Both the position numbers and the translations under genes were made by a program. A stretch of 35,569 nucleotides of DNA, taken from positions 1 through 35,569 of IMG/VR virus record IMGVR_UViG_3300040971_000062; one strand, written 5' to 3'. Below are positions 9,368-16,998 of the stretch, in pieces. A model generated the notes under the pieces. It did no database searches and was not told the DNA's origin. It was given only the letters and a program-made list of their open reading frames with translations. Position 1 is the stretch's first letter. Every line of letters starts with the position of its first letter. This DNA is from a virus. Taxonomy: Duplodnaviria > Caudoviricetes.

Positions 9368-9524
9368 TGCCTATCTGGCAGCCAAAACTGAGGATAACTC
9401 AGTGTCTTCGGTTTACCGAAAAGTTATCCGACCCCGCTTTAGAATCAGCCGCACTACGCTCTACGCTTACCTCAATACGCCAATCAAAAAGCAGCTGAAG
9501 GAACTTGAAGGAAATGAAAAGTGA
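9318..9524 (+). CDS. Small HTH DNA-binding protein (possible middle/late regulator)
   Basis: SVSSVYRKVIRPRFRISRTTLYAYL HTH-like segment. Confidence 0.6.
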   Translation: MAYNRRNKLMQMQDVVDAYLAAKTEDNSVSSVYRKVIRPRFRISRTTLYAYLNTPIKKQLKELEGNEK

Positions 9525-9551
9525 AAAGTGAAAATTGAAAAATCTAAAACC

Positions 9552-10064
9552 ATGAAAACGCTAACCCTCATATTTGCCTGCCTCATTCTTGCATCATGTG
9601 TGGATGAGCCTGTTGAGCCGGAACCTCGCAAGGGTACGCCCTTCCAAAGCACACGCGATACCTCAACCTATAAAACTGGCCGCTACTACGGTACAATGCA
9701 CCTGCAAATACCAGGGCAGGTTGATGTTGTTAATGTGGCTTACCGCGAAATATTCCAATACCAGAGCAGCTACGTTATGCGCTGGTGGAGTGCCCCCGAT
9801 ACAACCAGCCTGGCAGCCATAGCCGATACACTGCGCTACACCATGACACATGATGTAACCAACACCTCATGCGGAGTGCAGCGCTTTGTTTATGACTACA
9901 CTGTTACCACTACCCGGCATTACGATAGCATCTTTGAGCATGGCTCTGTGCGCTATCGGTTTTACTTCAACGGCGCACTTTTAAAGGACCTGCCCGGTGA
10001 GTTTACCGCTAAGCTTAAGTTTGTGGATGGGCTTACGCCGCATAGGAATGGATGGCAGCCATAA
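9552..10064 (+). CDS. Lipoprotein
   Basis: MKTLTLIFACLILASC lipobox from ATG 9552, acidic residues after the Cys. Confidence 0.7.
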   Translation: MKTLTLIFACLILASCVDEPVEPEPRKGTPFQSTRDTSTYKTGRYYGTMHLQIPGQVDVVNVAYREIFQYQSSYVMRWWSAPDTTSLAAIADTLRYTMTHDVTNTSCGVQRFVYDYTVTTTRHYDSIFEHGSVRYRFYFNGALLKDLPGEFTAKLKFVDGLTPHRNGWQP

Positions 10065-10172
10065 CGTATAGCCGATGTTAATTGCAGGCTCTTTCGTTTC
10101 AGCTTGCAATTAACGGATAACGGCTATAAGAAGTAAAACAACTACCTCAAAAAACTCAAAAAACATTAGACG

Positions 10173-11030
10173 ATGAAAGTTTTAATATTTTACTCAGGCG
10201 GTAAAGATTCACAGGCTTGTTTGATATGGGCTGTAAAGGAATATGGGGCTCTGAATTGTGAAGCTGTATTTTGTGACACTGGATGGGAAAATCCGGTAAC
10301 ATACGAACATATCAAAACCACTACTCAGCAATTAGGCGTGAAGTTGGTTACAATCAAATCTAAAAAGTACGATGGACTTGTTGATTTGGCAGTCAAAAGA
10401 AAAAGATTCCCCAGTACAAAGGCAAGATTCTGCACAAGTGAATTGAAGTCTATGCCAGCCATTGATTATGTTTTGGAACAAACAGATCATGTAATTGTAA
10501 TTGAAGGAATAAGGGCTCAGGAATCATTTAGTCGGGCGCAAATGGAGGCTCAATGTACTTATTTCAAGTATTACTTTCAGCCCGGAGCGAACGGGAAAAC
10601 ACATACCTATCGAAAAAAAGATATAATTCAATGGTGTAAAACTTACAATGCTGATAAGGTAAGGCCAATTTTTGACTGGTCAGCACAACAAACAATTGAT
10701 TATATCAGAGATAATGAAATGCAGCCAAACCCGCTTTATTTCATGGGATTTCAAAGAGTAGGTTGTTTCCCGTGTATAATGTCAAGACATCAAGCAATCA
10801 GATTAATAATTGAAAATCACCCTGATCAGTGGCAATTATTGAAAGATGCTGAAATAAAAGTAGGACATACATTTTTCCCGCCTGATTACATTCCGAAATA
10901 TGCACAAGCAAATAGAAAGTTTGCAACTGCTGAAGATGTTGAAAAATACCTTGCAGATAGAAATGCAACGATGGATATGTTTGAAGGAACCGAACCAGGC
11001 TGTATGTCAGCCTATAATCTTTGCGAATAG
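10173..11030 (+). CDS. Phosphoadenosine phosphosulfate (PAPS) reductase family protein
   Basis: SGGKDS PP-loop, DTGWE, RFCTSELK, GIRAQES..R, RVGCFPC. Confidence 0.88.
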   Translation: MKVLIFYSGGKDSQACLIWAVKEYGALNCEAVFCDTGWENPVTYEHIKTTTQQLGVKLVTIKSKKYDGLVDLAVKRKRFPSTKARFCTSELKSMPAIDYVLEQTDHVIVIEGIRAQESFSRAQMEAQCTYFKYYFQPGANGKTHTYRKKDIIQWCKTYNADKVRPIFDWSAQQTIDYIRDNEMQPNPLYFMGFQRVGCFPCIMSRHQAIRLIIENHPDQWQLLKDAEIKVGHTFFPPDYIPKYAQANRKFATAEDVEKYLADRNATMDMFEGTEPGCMSAYNLCE

Positions 11031-11168
11031 TGGGAACTCAAAAAACTAAAGTTGTTTTATTTTTTATAGCCGATGTTAATTGCAGGCCGTACTTACTTTT
11101 TAAAGGCTTGCAATTAACGGAGAACGGCTATACGCTGCTTTTTATTAACTCAAAAAACCAAAATAACG

Positions 11169-11474
11169 ATGAAAGTATATGTAATAACCAAAATTTACGG
11201 AGACTACGAAGTTAGAACTGAATTAGATTCTGTATGGGACAATGAAATTGATGCCGAAAAGCACAAAGCAAAACTAATGGCGGATAACCAAATTCTTCGC
11301 ACAAGTCAACCACCTTACGAAGAGAATGATTATATGCTTGGCGAACTTTCTCCTGAGCAGGATACTGAGTTTTTCCTTTGGCAACAATCGAAGTATGAGG
11401 CAGAAGAGTTTCGTGAGCCTATGGTATCAGAATTTGAGTTGATGGGAGCCTCAAACCTCTCAAAAAAAAATTAG
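11169..11474 (+). CDS. Hypothetical acidic protein (cassette 2)
   Basis: MKVYVI start typical of small phage proteins; the stop codon overlaps the right arm. Confidence 0.7.
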   Translation: MKVYVITKIYGDYEVRTELDSVWDNEIDAEKHKAKLMADNQILRTSQPPYEENDYMLGELSPEQDTEFFLWQQSKYEAEEFREPMVSEFELMGASNLSKKN

Positions 11475-11583
11475 CGTATAGCCGATGTTAATTGCAGGCC
11501 GTACTTACTTCTTAAAGGCTTGCAATTAACGTTCCGGCGCTATAATTAGAAAGGCTTTTCTAAAAACTCTCAACCCTCAAAAA

Positions 11584-11820
11584 ATGGAAACAACACGAAT
11601 GAATAAAGTTATAATAGCAACAATCGGACTAAAGGTTAAGGTAAATCAGATGGATGCTGTTATTGATCAAATATTTGAAAACAGATTCATTTATTGCAGA
11701 TACTTGAACCCTGATAAATTTTCCGGTGATGGGTGTGCGACAACCGGAGGCATAACTACCGAAAAAGGTCAAATTGTAAAACACCCAAACTATTTTAAAT
11801 ATCAAACAATGCTTAATTGA
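11584..11820 (+). CDS. Hypothetical protein (cassette 3)
   Basis: Fits between arms 11537-11558 and 11840-11861. Confidence 0.6.
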   Translation: METTRMNKVIIATIGLKVKVNQMDAVIDQIFENRFIYCRYLNPDKFSGDGCATTGGITTEKGQIVKHPNYFKYQTMLN

Positions 11821-12001
11821 TGGTCTCAAAAAACTCAATAAAGCCTTTTTGATTATAGCGCTTGTTAATTGCAGGCCGTACTTACTTCTTAAAGGCTTGC
11901 AATTAACGTGGGGATATACGCAATAAGCGTAAAGCCCTGTTATTGCTGCAAAAGTGAAAACCAAAATGCGCGAAAAAATATGCGCAAGTTCAAATAATTT
12001 A

Positions 12002-12009
12002 TACATTTG
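12002..12009 (+). promoter_or_regulatory. Bacteroidota -7 promoter box TACATTTG
   Basis: Matches TAnnTTTG, ~20 nt upstream of ATG 12032, just after the repeat array. Confidence 0.5.
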
Positions 12010-12031
12010 TCAAAAACCAAATGATCGAAAC

Positions 12032-12277
12032 ATGAAATTTAAGTTATCAACAATCGGAGACTGCTACACAGACCCTGACAAAATAGAAAAGCTGGAGAAA
12101 ATTGGATTTACCTTTAAGCCCTCCACTTTCGCAATGTTTAATACCAAAACTTTTCACATTGAAGGCTCACCAGAGATTGAAATAAATACTTTGGAAGAGT
12201 TAATAGAATTTTCGAATACGTTTGGTGAGCTAATCGTAAGCGATGGCTCAATCGAAATTTACGATGATTATCGTTAA
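12032..12277 (+). CDS. Hypothetical protein
   Basis: Likely start ATG 12032; IEINTLEELIEF...IEIYDDYR motif recalled from small phage proteins. Confidence 0.65.
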   Translation: MKFKLSTIGDCYTDPDKIEKLEKIGFTFKPSTFAMFNTKTFHIEGSPEIEINTLEELIEFSNTFGELIVSDGSIEIYDDYR

Positions 12278-12287
12278 CCTCTCAACA

Positions 12288-12512
12288 ATGGAAAACTTAA
12301 AATACAAACTCTACAGGCGTTACCTTTCGGTTGCTGAAAGGGAGAAATCATTTATACATCCTGATGACCCCGCCGTTCACGTGGTTACAGTCAGGGTGAA
12401 ATATAATGGCGTTTCTATTGACATGACTGATAAAATTGAGGTGGGCAATTTGAGGAGGTGGGTTAACAGCAGCTTGAAGGAAATTAAAGAATTCATCAAC
12501 AAACACAAATAA
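12288..12512 (+). CDS. Hypothetical protein
   Basis: Probable start ATG 12288 (MENLKYK). Confidence 0.5.
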   Translation: MENLKYKLYRRYLSVAEREKSFIHPDDPAVHVVTVRVKYNGVSIDMTDKIEVGNLRRWVNSSLKEIKEFINKHK

Positions 12513-12533
12513 TTAATCTAAAACCTTAAAACT

Positions 12534-12734
12534 ATGTACTGCGGAAACTGTGGAACAAAAATCGAAAACACTCAATATTGCGGTGAGTGGGAACAAAAGC
12601 ACAAGGCTATAAAGCTCCTGAGCAGCAAGTTCAAACGCCTCCTCCAACCGGAGGAGGCAGCATTTCAAACTATATTATTTATAGTTGCAATAATAATGGC
12701 GCTTTACGGGATATCAGCTATTTTTAACAGTTAA
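12534..12734 (+). CDS. Zinc-ribbon-like small membrane protein
   Basis: MYCGNCG N-terminus, C-terminal hydrophobic helix. Confidence 0.55.
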   Translation: MYCGNCGTKIENTQYCGEWEQKHKAIKLLSSKFKRLLQPEEAAFQTILFIVAIIMALYGISAIFNS

Positions 12735-12738
12735 AATT

Positions 12739-13137
12739 ATGGAAAATCAAGAACCATATTTTGAATTGACGGCTTGCCCGGCTAAGATCAAAGAGTTTGT
12801 GGAGGATAAGGAAATCTGGCGCGATTTTCAGCAAACTCTAATAGACAGTCAAATGCAAGAAATATCTAAGCAGTTTGATGAAAAACTAAAGCTTTATGTA
12901 ATGGCTAACCTTGCAAAGCTGGGTTATATTTTCAAATCAGATAGTGAGCTATTTGAATTTGCCTCAAAAAGAATTACCCGGATAAAATTTGAAAGTAAGC
13001 CATTTTACACCGAGCTATATCTCGACTTTGTTGATGAAAATAATCGGGGCAAGCTTATTGGGTTTTACTCTGATAACACGGAGTATAATATTACACATAA
13101 GGACTTTCAGGCCATTCATCATATAAAAATTGGGTAA
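12739..13137 (+). CDS. Hypothetical protein
   Basis: 132-aa ORF ending at a terminator. Confidence 0.6.
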   Translation: MENQEPYFELTACPAKIKEFVEDKEIWRDFQQTLIDSQMQEISKQFDEKLKLYVMANLAKLGYIFKSDSELFEFASKRITRIKFESKPFYTELYLDFVDENNRGKLIGFYSDNTEYNITHKDFQAIHHIKIG

Positions 13138-13138
13138 C

Positions 13139-13174
13139 AAAAAAAGGCGAGCCAAACGGTTCGCCTTTTTTTTT
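13139..13174. terminator. Bidirectional intrinsic terminator
   Basis: A-tract-GGCGAGCC-AAAC-GGTTCGCC-T-tract between convergent operons. Confidence 0.85.
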
Positions 13175-13188
13175 GTGCCTGTTTTTTT

Positions 13189-13626
13189 TTAGCCGTATGA
13201 TTCTTCATGTGTTTCGGTAAATTTAATCACCTTCACGCTCAGGCTGTCATTGCGTATTTCGGGGGTGTACTCAGTAATATAAAGCATACCGAAGGCCTGC
13301 TCACTCTCGAAGCCTTCGAGCGCATCGCGCACAGCATCGGCAACATCCATCTTTGCCAGCGTGCGATCAACTGCCTGCTCATTAGCCATTGCTGAGCGAT
13401 CGGCAAGCCTGTCATACGCTACCCTTACCGTAATGGTTCCCCTTACATCGTATTGCGATCCTCCCAGTGGTGTATGCAGCTGGCTAACTGTTACCAGGGC
13501 GCAGGGAAATTTAACCGCCGGTTGCTGCCCTTCAGGCAGGTCTATTTGTCCAAAATCCTCATCAACCCAGGCAATGCCTGAAGCTGTTTTTATTTGGGTA
13601 AAAAGTGCTTTAAAAGTTGCTTTCAT
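13189..13626 (-). CDS. Putative tail terminator / Mu gp37-like protein
   Basis: WVDEDFGQID...PAVKFPCALV motif; last gene of the head operon. Confidence 0.55.
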   Translation of the reverse strand: MKATFKALFTQIKTASGIAWVDEDFGQIDLPEGQQPAVKFPCALVTVSQLHTPLGGSQYDVRGTITVRVAYDRLADRSAMANEQAVDRTLAKMDVADAVRDALEGFESEQAFGMLYITEYTPEIRNDSLSVKVIKFTETHEESYG

Positions 13627-13639
13627 AAGTGCTTTGAAA

Positions 13640-14215
13640 TTAGTTAAAAAGTATTCGTTTCAGGTCCTTAACCATGCGCTCATAAATGAGCTTCTTAACA
13701 TGCGCCGATTGCCCCATAAATTGCCGCTTTGGCATTATAAAGTTTCGGCTTATAGCTTGCTTTTTGGTAAGTGCAAGCCCTTTCCATTCTCCCCCCTCAT
13801 CGCCTGACTGGCCGCCATTGGCCTCATAGTATTTCGCCCAGGCAAATTTCCTCATTTTAGGAGTTATCTGAATGGTCTGGTTAACAGGCCCGCCTTCATT
13901 GTGTATTCTGCTGTAAGGCTTAGCGCTGCTTACTACAACCTTATTGGTCATAATTTGAAAGCGGATGCTGCCATACAGCTCATTGCGGCTTGATAGCAAA
14001 GTGCCATAAGCTCCGGCAGCGTTTTTGCTTTGGCCTATGCGCTTACTCGGTTTCCAGGGAGTGAGCTGATCATCCATATAACCGCCCCGGTGAAAGTTCT
14101 CGCGGAAGTCATCAACAGCAATTTTGCCGATGTGCCTTGGCAAGTCCTGAGCGGCATATCTTTTAATCTCTTTTAGCCTGCTTTCAAAGAGCTTTTGAAA
14201 CTCGGCGGGTTTCAT
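13640..14215 (-). CDS. Phage virion morphogenesis protein (Mu gpG-like)
   Basis: F.ENF..GG....W......L.....L..SI...PY..IHNEGG...MPKRQFMG.S. Confidence 0.85.
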   Translation of the reverse strand: MKPAEFQKLFESRLKEIKRYAAQDLPRHIGKIAVDDFRENFHRGGYMDDQLTPWKPSKRIGQSKNAAGAYGTLLSSRNELYGSIRFQIMTNKVVVSSAKPYSRIHNEGGPVNQTIQITPKMRKFAWAKYYEANGGQSGDEGGEWKGLALTKKQAISRNFIMPKRQFMGQSAHVKKLIYERMVKDLKRILFN

Positions 14216-15045
14216 TTCAAAAAGCGTTTTACAGCTCCGTCAGCGCCTTTGTATGACTGAGCCCTGTATGGATGCCTTTTTGAGTAGATCGCTCCGCTAA
14301 TGGCCGGGTTTTCTTCAAGGCCTGCCGGAACCGGCTCATTGTATTCATCAATATTGAAGAGCTTGCCGTTTGGTTCATCATCGGTATTGGTGATGCCACA
14401 TTTACAATTCCACAGCGTACCCGGATATTGCTTAGCCCAAAACGGGTGATTGATGGGCAGAATCAGGCCGTAAAGCTTTTCATGTATCTCACGCTTAACA
14501 ACTGATGTGCTTTTTGTCCATTTAAGATTTGGATACAGATCGGCATCCCTTTCAAAATCTTTCATCCTGGCAGCCATGCGCGCACGGATAACCGCCGTGT
14601 CATACTCAGTTTTAAGCCAGTTCATATTATAATCACCAACCAACCCGGCAACATCTTTCTTAAACTGCGCAAAGCTCTTAAGCTTGCCCTCATCGTTTAC
14701 CAGCTGAGCGGCTATGTCGTTTTGCTGCCTGTGGGTTTTAAATGCCGCAAATACCTTGTTATTCTTTAGCAGCTCCTGCACAAAGTCATAGTCAGGATCA
14801 TCGGTTGAGATATCAGGAAAAGCGATGTTAACAGCATCATTCATGGGATTAAGTGTGATGTTAAAGAAGTTGGGCTCAATGCCTTTCTTTACATCAACAG
14901 CCTCATCATAAATGGCCTTCAGGGCTTTATTGATCAGGTCGGTTAAAGTTTCATCGGCATCATTGCCCGATGCAGTAACATAACCCTGATAAGTTGAATC
15001 GATCAGTACTTTAAAGGAGCCCTCCTGCCTGGGAGGGCTTGGGCG
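14212..15045 (-). CDS. Mu gpF-like head morphogenesis protein, frame open up into the portal 3' end
   Basis: WLKTEY..A...PNL.W...R..H...G......HPFW....PG..WNCKC motif; frame has no stop from 15045 to ATG 14844. Confidence 0.8.
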   Translation of the reverse strand, partial: RPSPPRQEGSFKVLIDSTYQGYVTASGNDADETLTDLINKALKAIYDEAVDVKKGIEPNFFNITLNPMNDAVNIAFPDISTDDPDYDFVQELLKNNKVFAAFKTHRQQNDIAAQLVNDEGKLKSFAQFKKDVAGLVGDYNMNWLKTEYDTAVIRARMAARMKDFERDADLYPNLKWTKSTSVVKREIHEKLYGLILPINHPFWAKQYPGTLWNCKCGITNTDDEPNGKLFNIDEYNEPVPAGLEENPAISGAIYSKRHPYRAQSYKGADGAVKRFLK

Positions 15046-16265
15046 AAAAAACTGAAAAACCGATCCAGCCCGTTTGCCCTTGCTTCAGGATCATCGGTTT
15101 GCTCATTAGCGGGTAAAAGGTTAACTGTTGGAGCCTTTTGGCTTACCGTTTCACCAGTGGCAGGCTTGCGCACACCCGAAACCTCATACAGGTATTCATC
15201 GCTTACTGCAATGCCTCCATTGCGCAGGGTCATGGCTATATCAACCTTATCCTTTGTGCTGAGGCTTTCGCCTTGCTCCGGAAACATAAACCATCCATTG
15301 TTAACCGGCAGCCCTGCTATTTGAAACACCGGCAAAAGCATTGTGTTAAGAACCCGGCGTACAAAGCGGCGATCGCTCTTGTTAATGTCCTCTTCAACAT
15401 CTTTGTGGGTTTCTGATTGGCTTTTGCTGCTGCCGTCAACCGTGGTCATTGTTTGACCAAGAACAGTAATAAGAATTTCCTTATCGCATCGATCCAGAAA
15501 CTTATCGTAAAGATCACCATTGGAAGTGCCCGCCATTGGAATGATTTCGACATCGGCCTCTTTTGGAACGGTTGCATATGCTGCGCCTCCCATCATTTGC
15601 AGGCTTTTGTTAAGCTCATCTCTGGTTGTGGGATCATGAGCGCTGTATTTACCCAAGCGGAAAGGCATACCAAACAGCTCCACAAATTGAGCCCAATCGC
15701 CGTAACCTCCTCTTTTGTAAATGACATACTGAGCGGCCTTGTAAATGAATCCAAGCGGGTCAGTACCCTTAACTTCAATAATCCAGGGCACATCTGCATA
15801 CATCAGCCCGCTTTCGCTGAATTCGTCGGGGGTGATGAGCTTTTTAGCAATATTGATATTTCGCCTGGGAACGCTGAAAGCTTTAAAAGGCATGTAGCTC
15901 ATAATATCAATTACCGAAATGCCATAAGCCTGAGCCATCATAATCTCGCGAAGGAAGTGCTCAAACTCTGGTGTATCAATCAGATCATTGATTACATCGT
16001 TATACTTGCCGTTTTTGTCACTGAATACAATATCGGCATTTGTAATGGCTTCAATTCGCTTTTCAACTGAACGTGAAAAAACACCATCAATAAGTATGTT
16101 TTCATACAACCTGTAAAGCTGATTTGGTCTGCCTTGCCTTGCTGAATTCACAGCATTTCGCCAGGCTCCTATATCGGTACTTTCGAGCCTTGCAGCAGTT
16201 GACTGTACAGTTACAATCTGTTGATGTATTTCGGCTGGTCCGCCGCGTTTTGTGGTGATTGCCAT
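15003..16265 (-). CDS. Portal protein (DUF935, Mu gp29-like)
   Basis: W..F.ELFGMP.R.GKY...EI...VLGQT.T...GS....E.H motif. Confidence 0.88.
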   Translation of the reverse strand: MAITTKRGGPAEIHQQIVTVQSTAARLESTDIGAWRNAVNSARQGRPNQLYRLYENILIDGVFSRSVEKRIEAITNADIVFSDKNGKYNDVINDLIDTPEFEHFLREIMMAQAYGISVIDIMSYMPFKAFSVPRRNINIAKKLITPDEFSESGLMYADVPWIIEVKGTDPLGFIYKAAQYVIYKRGGYGDWAQFVELFGMPFRLGKYSAHDPTTRDELNKSLQMMGGAAYATVPKEADVEIIPMAGTSNGDLYDKFLDRCDKEILITVLGQTMTTVDGSSKSQSETHKDVEEDINKSDRRFVRRVLNTMLLPVFQIAGLPVNNGWFMFPEQGESLSTKDKVDIAMTLRNGGIAVSDEYLYEVSGVRKPATGETVSQKAPTVNLLPANEQTDDPEARANGLDRFFSFFAQALPGRRAPLKY

Positions 16266-16276
16266 TTGATTGAAAA

Positions 16277-16687
16277 TTAAATGTGATTATCCCTTTGTGG
16301 ATTACTGCCCCATGAGTAGCCGCCGGCCTGCCCTTCAACGGGTGCGGGCTTTGGCAGATCAGGAACAATTTCGCCTGCCTGCACACCTTTAAGCCATGCA
16401 ACAGCAGCATTATAACGCTTCTCGCGCTTTGCATATTCAATGCCTGCATTAGCCAGGGCAATGTAATGCCATACTGCAATATCCTTTGCAAAGATTACAA
16501 GCAGTGCATTGCGATCGTCGCCTGTGGCCTGAAATATGGCGGTACGGTCATAGTTATGCAGGTAGCCTTTTACTTCAGCTATTGCCCCATCAATGGCGGC
16601 TGTAATGATGGTTTCATCATCTCCGCTAATGGCCTCAATACTTTCATCATTCAGATGAGTATTTAATTCTTCTGCTGCGATGTACAT
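16277..16687 (-). CDS. DUF1320 / Mu gp36-like head-tail adaptor
   Basis: AI..A.AEV.GYL..Y...DIAVW.....RY..AV.WLK.VQ.G motif. Confidence 0.85.
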   Translation of the reverse strand: MYIAAEELNTHLNDESIEAISGDDETIITAAIDGAIAEVKGYLHNYDRTAIFQATGDDRNALLVIFAKDIAVWHYIALANAGIEYAKREKRYNAAVAWLKGVQAGEIVPDLPKPAPVEGQAGGYSWGSNPQRDNHI

Positions 16688-16998
16688 AAGATGTCGTTTG
16701 TATCGTAAAACTTAAGGTGATCCATTTTAGTGCTGTTGATGTACCGGTTAAAAACCCCGGCTTTCCGGTTCTCTTTAATTTCGGCGCGTTGAAATACCCG
16801 GTATTTACCATCCAGGAAAAACACCCGATATCTCTTGCCATTATCCTTATGCAGCTTATCGGCTTTTTTTATAGCCCGGTCTAGCTGAGCCTTACGGCCT
16901 TTGAAACGCAGATATAGCTGTTTAAAAGTTACGTAAAAATAAGCCGCCACAATAAAGGGGGCTCTGATGAGCTTGATTAAGATTGTTGGAAGTGTCAT
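16663..16998 (-). CDS. Basic hypothetical protein
   Basis: Packed between terminase and gp36-like gene. Confidence 0.6.
   Translation of the reverse strand: MTLPTILIKLIRAPFIVAAYFYVTFKQLYLRFKGRKAQLDRAIKKADKLHKDNGKRYRVFFLDGKYRVFQRAEIKENRKAGVFNRYINSTKMDHLKFYDTNDILCTSQQKN

Larger units (their letters stand above)
10065..11920 (+). repeat. Array of four conserved junction hairpins with gene-flanking inverted arms (three cassette-like units)
   Basis: GTTAATTGCAGGC at 10077, 11075, 11487, 11864 and GCTTGCAATTAAC at 10102, 11106, 11518, 11895; arm pairs 10121-10143/11050-11072, 11125-11136/11473-11484 and 11537-11558/11840-11861. Confidence 0.9.

Noticed and set aside
11021-11215. 64-aa ORF across junction 2 (and reverse ORF 11629-12006)
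   Set aside because: Shadow translations of the repeat hairpins overlapping better genes.
10077-11907. CRISPR array
   Set aside because: Intervening sequences are 330-960 bp and contain whole genes; no cas genes.
10077-11907. Canonical integron/attC array
   Set aside because: No integrase; core GTTAATT deviates from GTTRRRY; genes lie inside, not between, the AAC...GTT-bounded stems.
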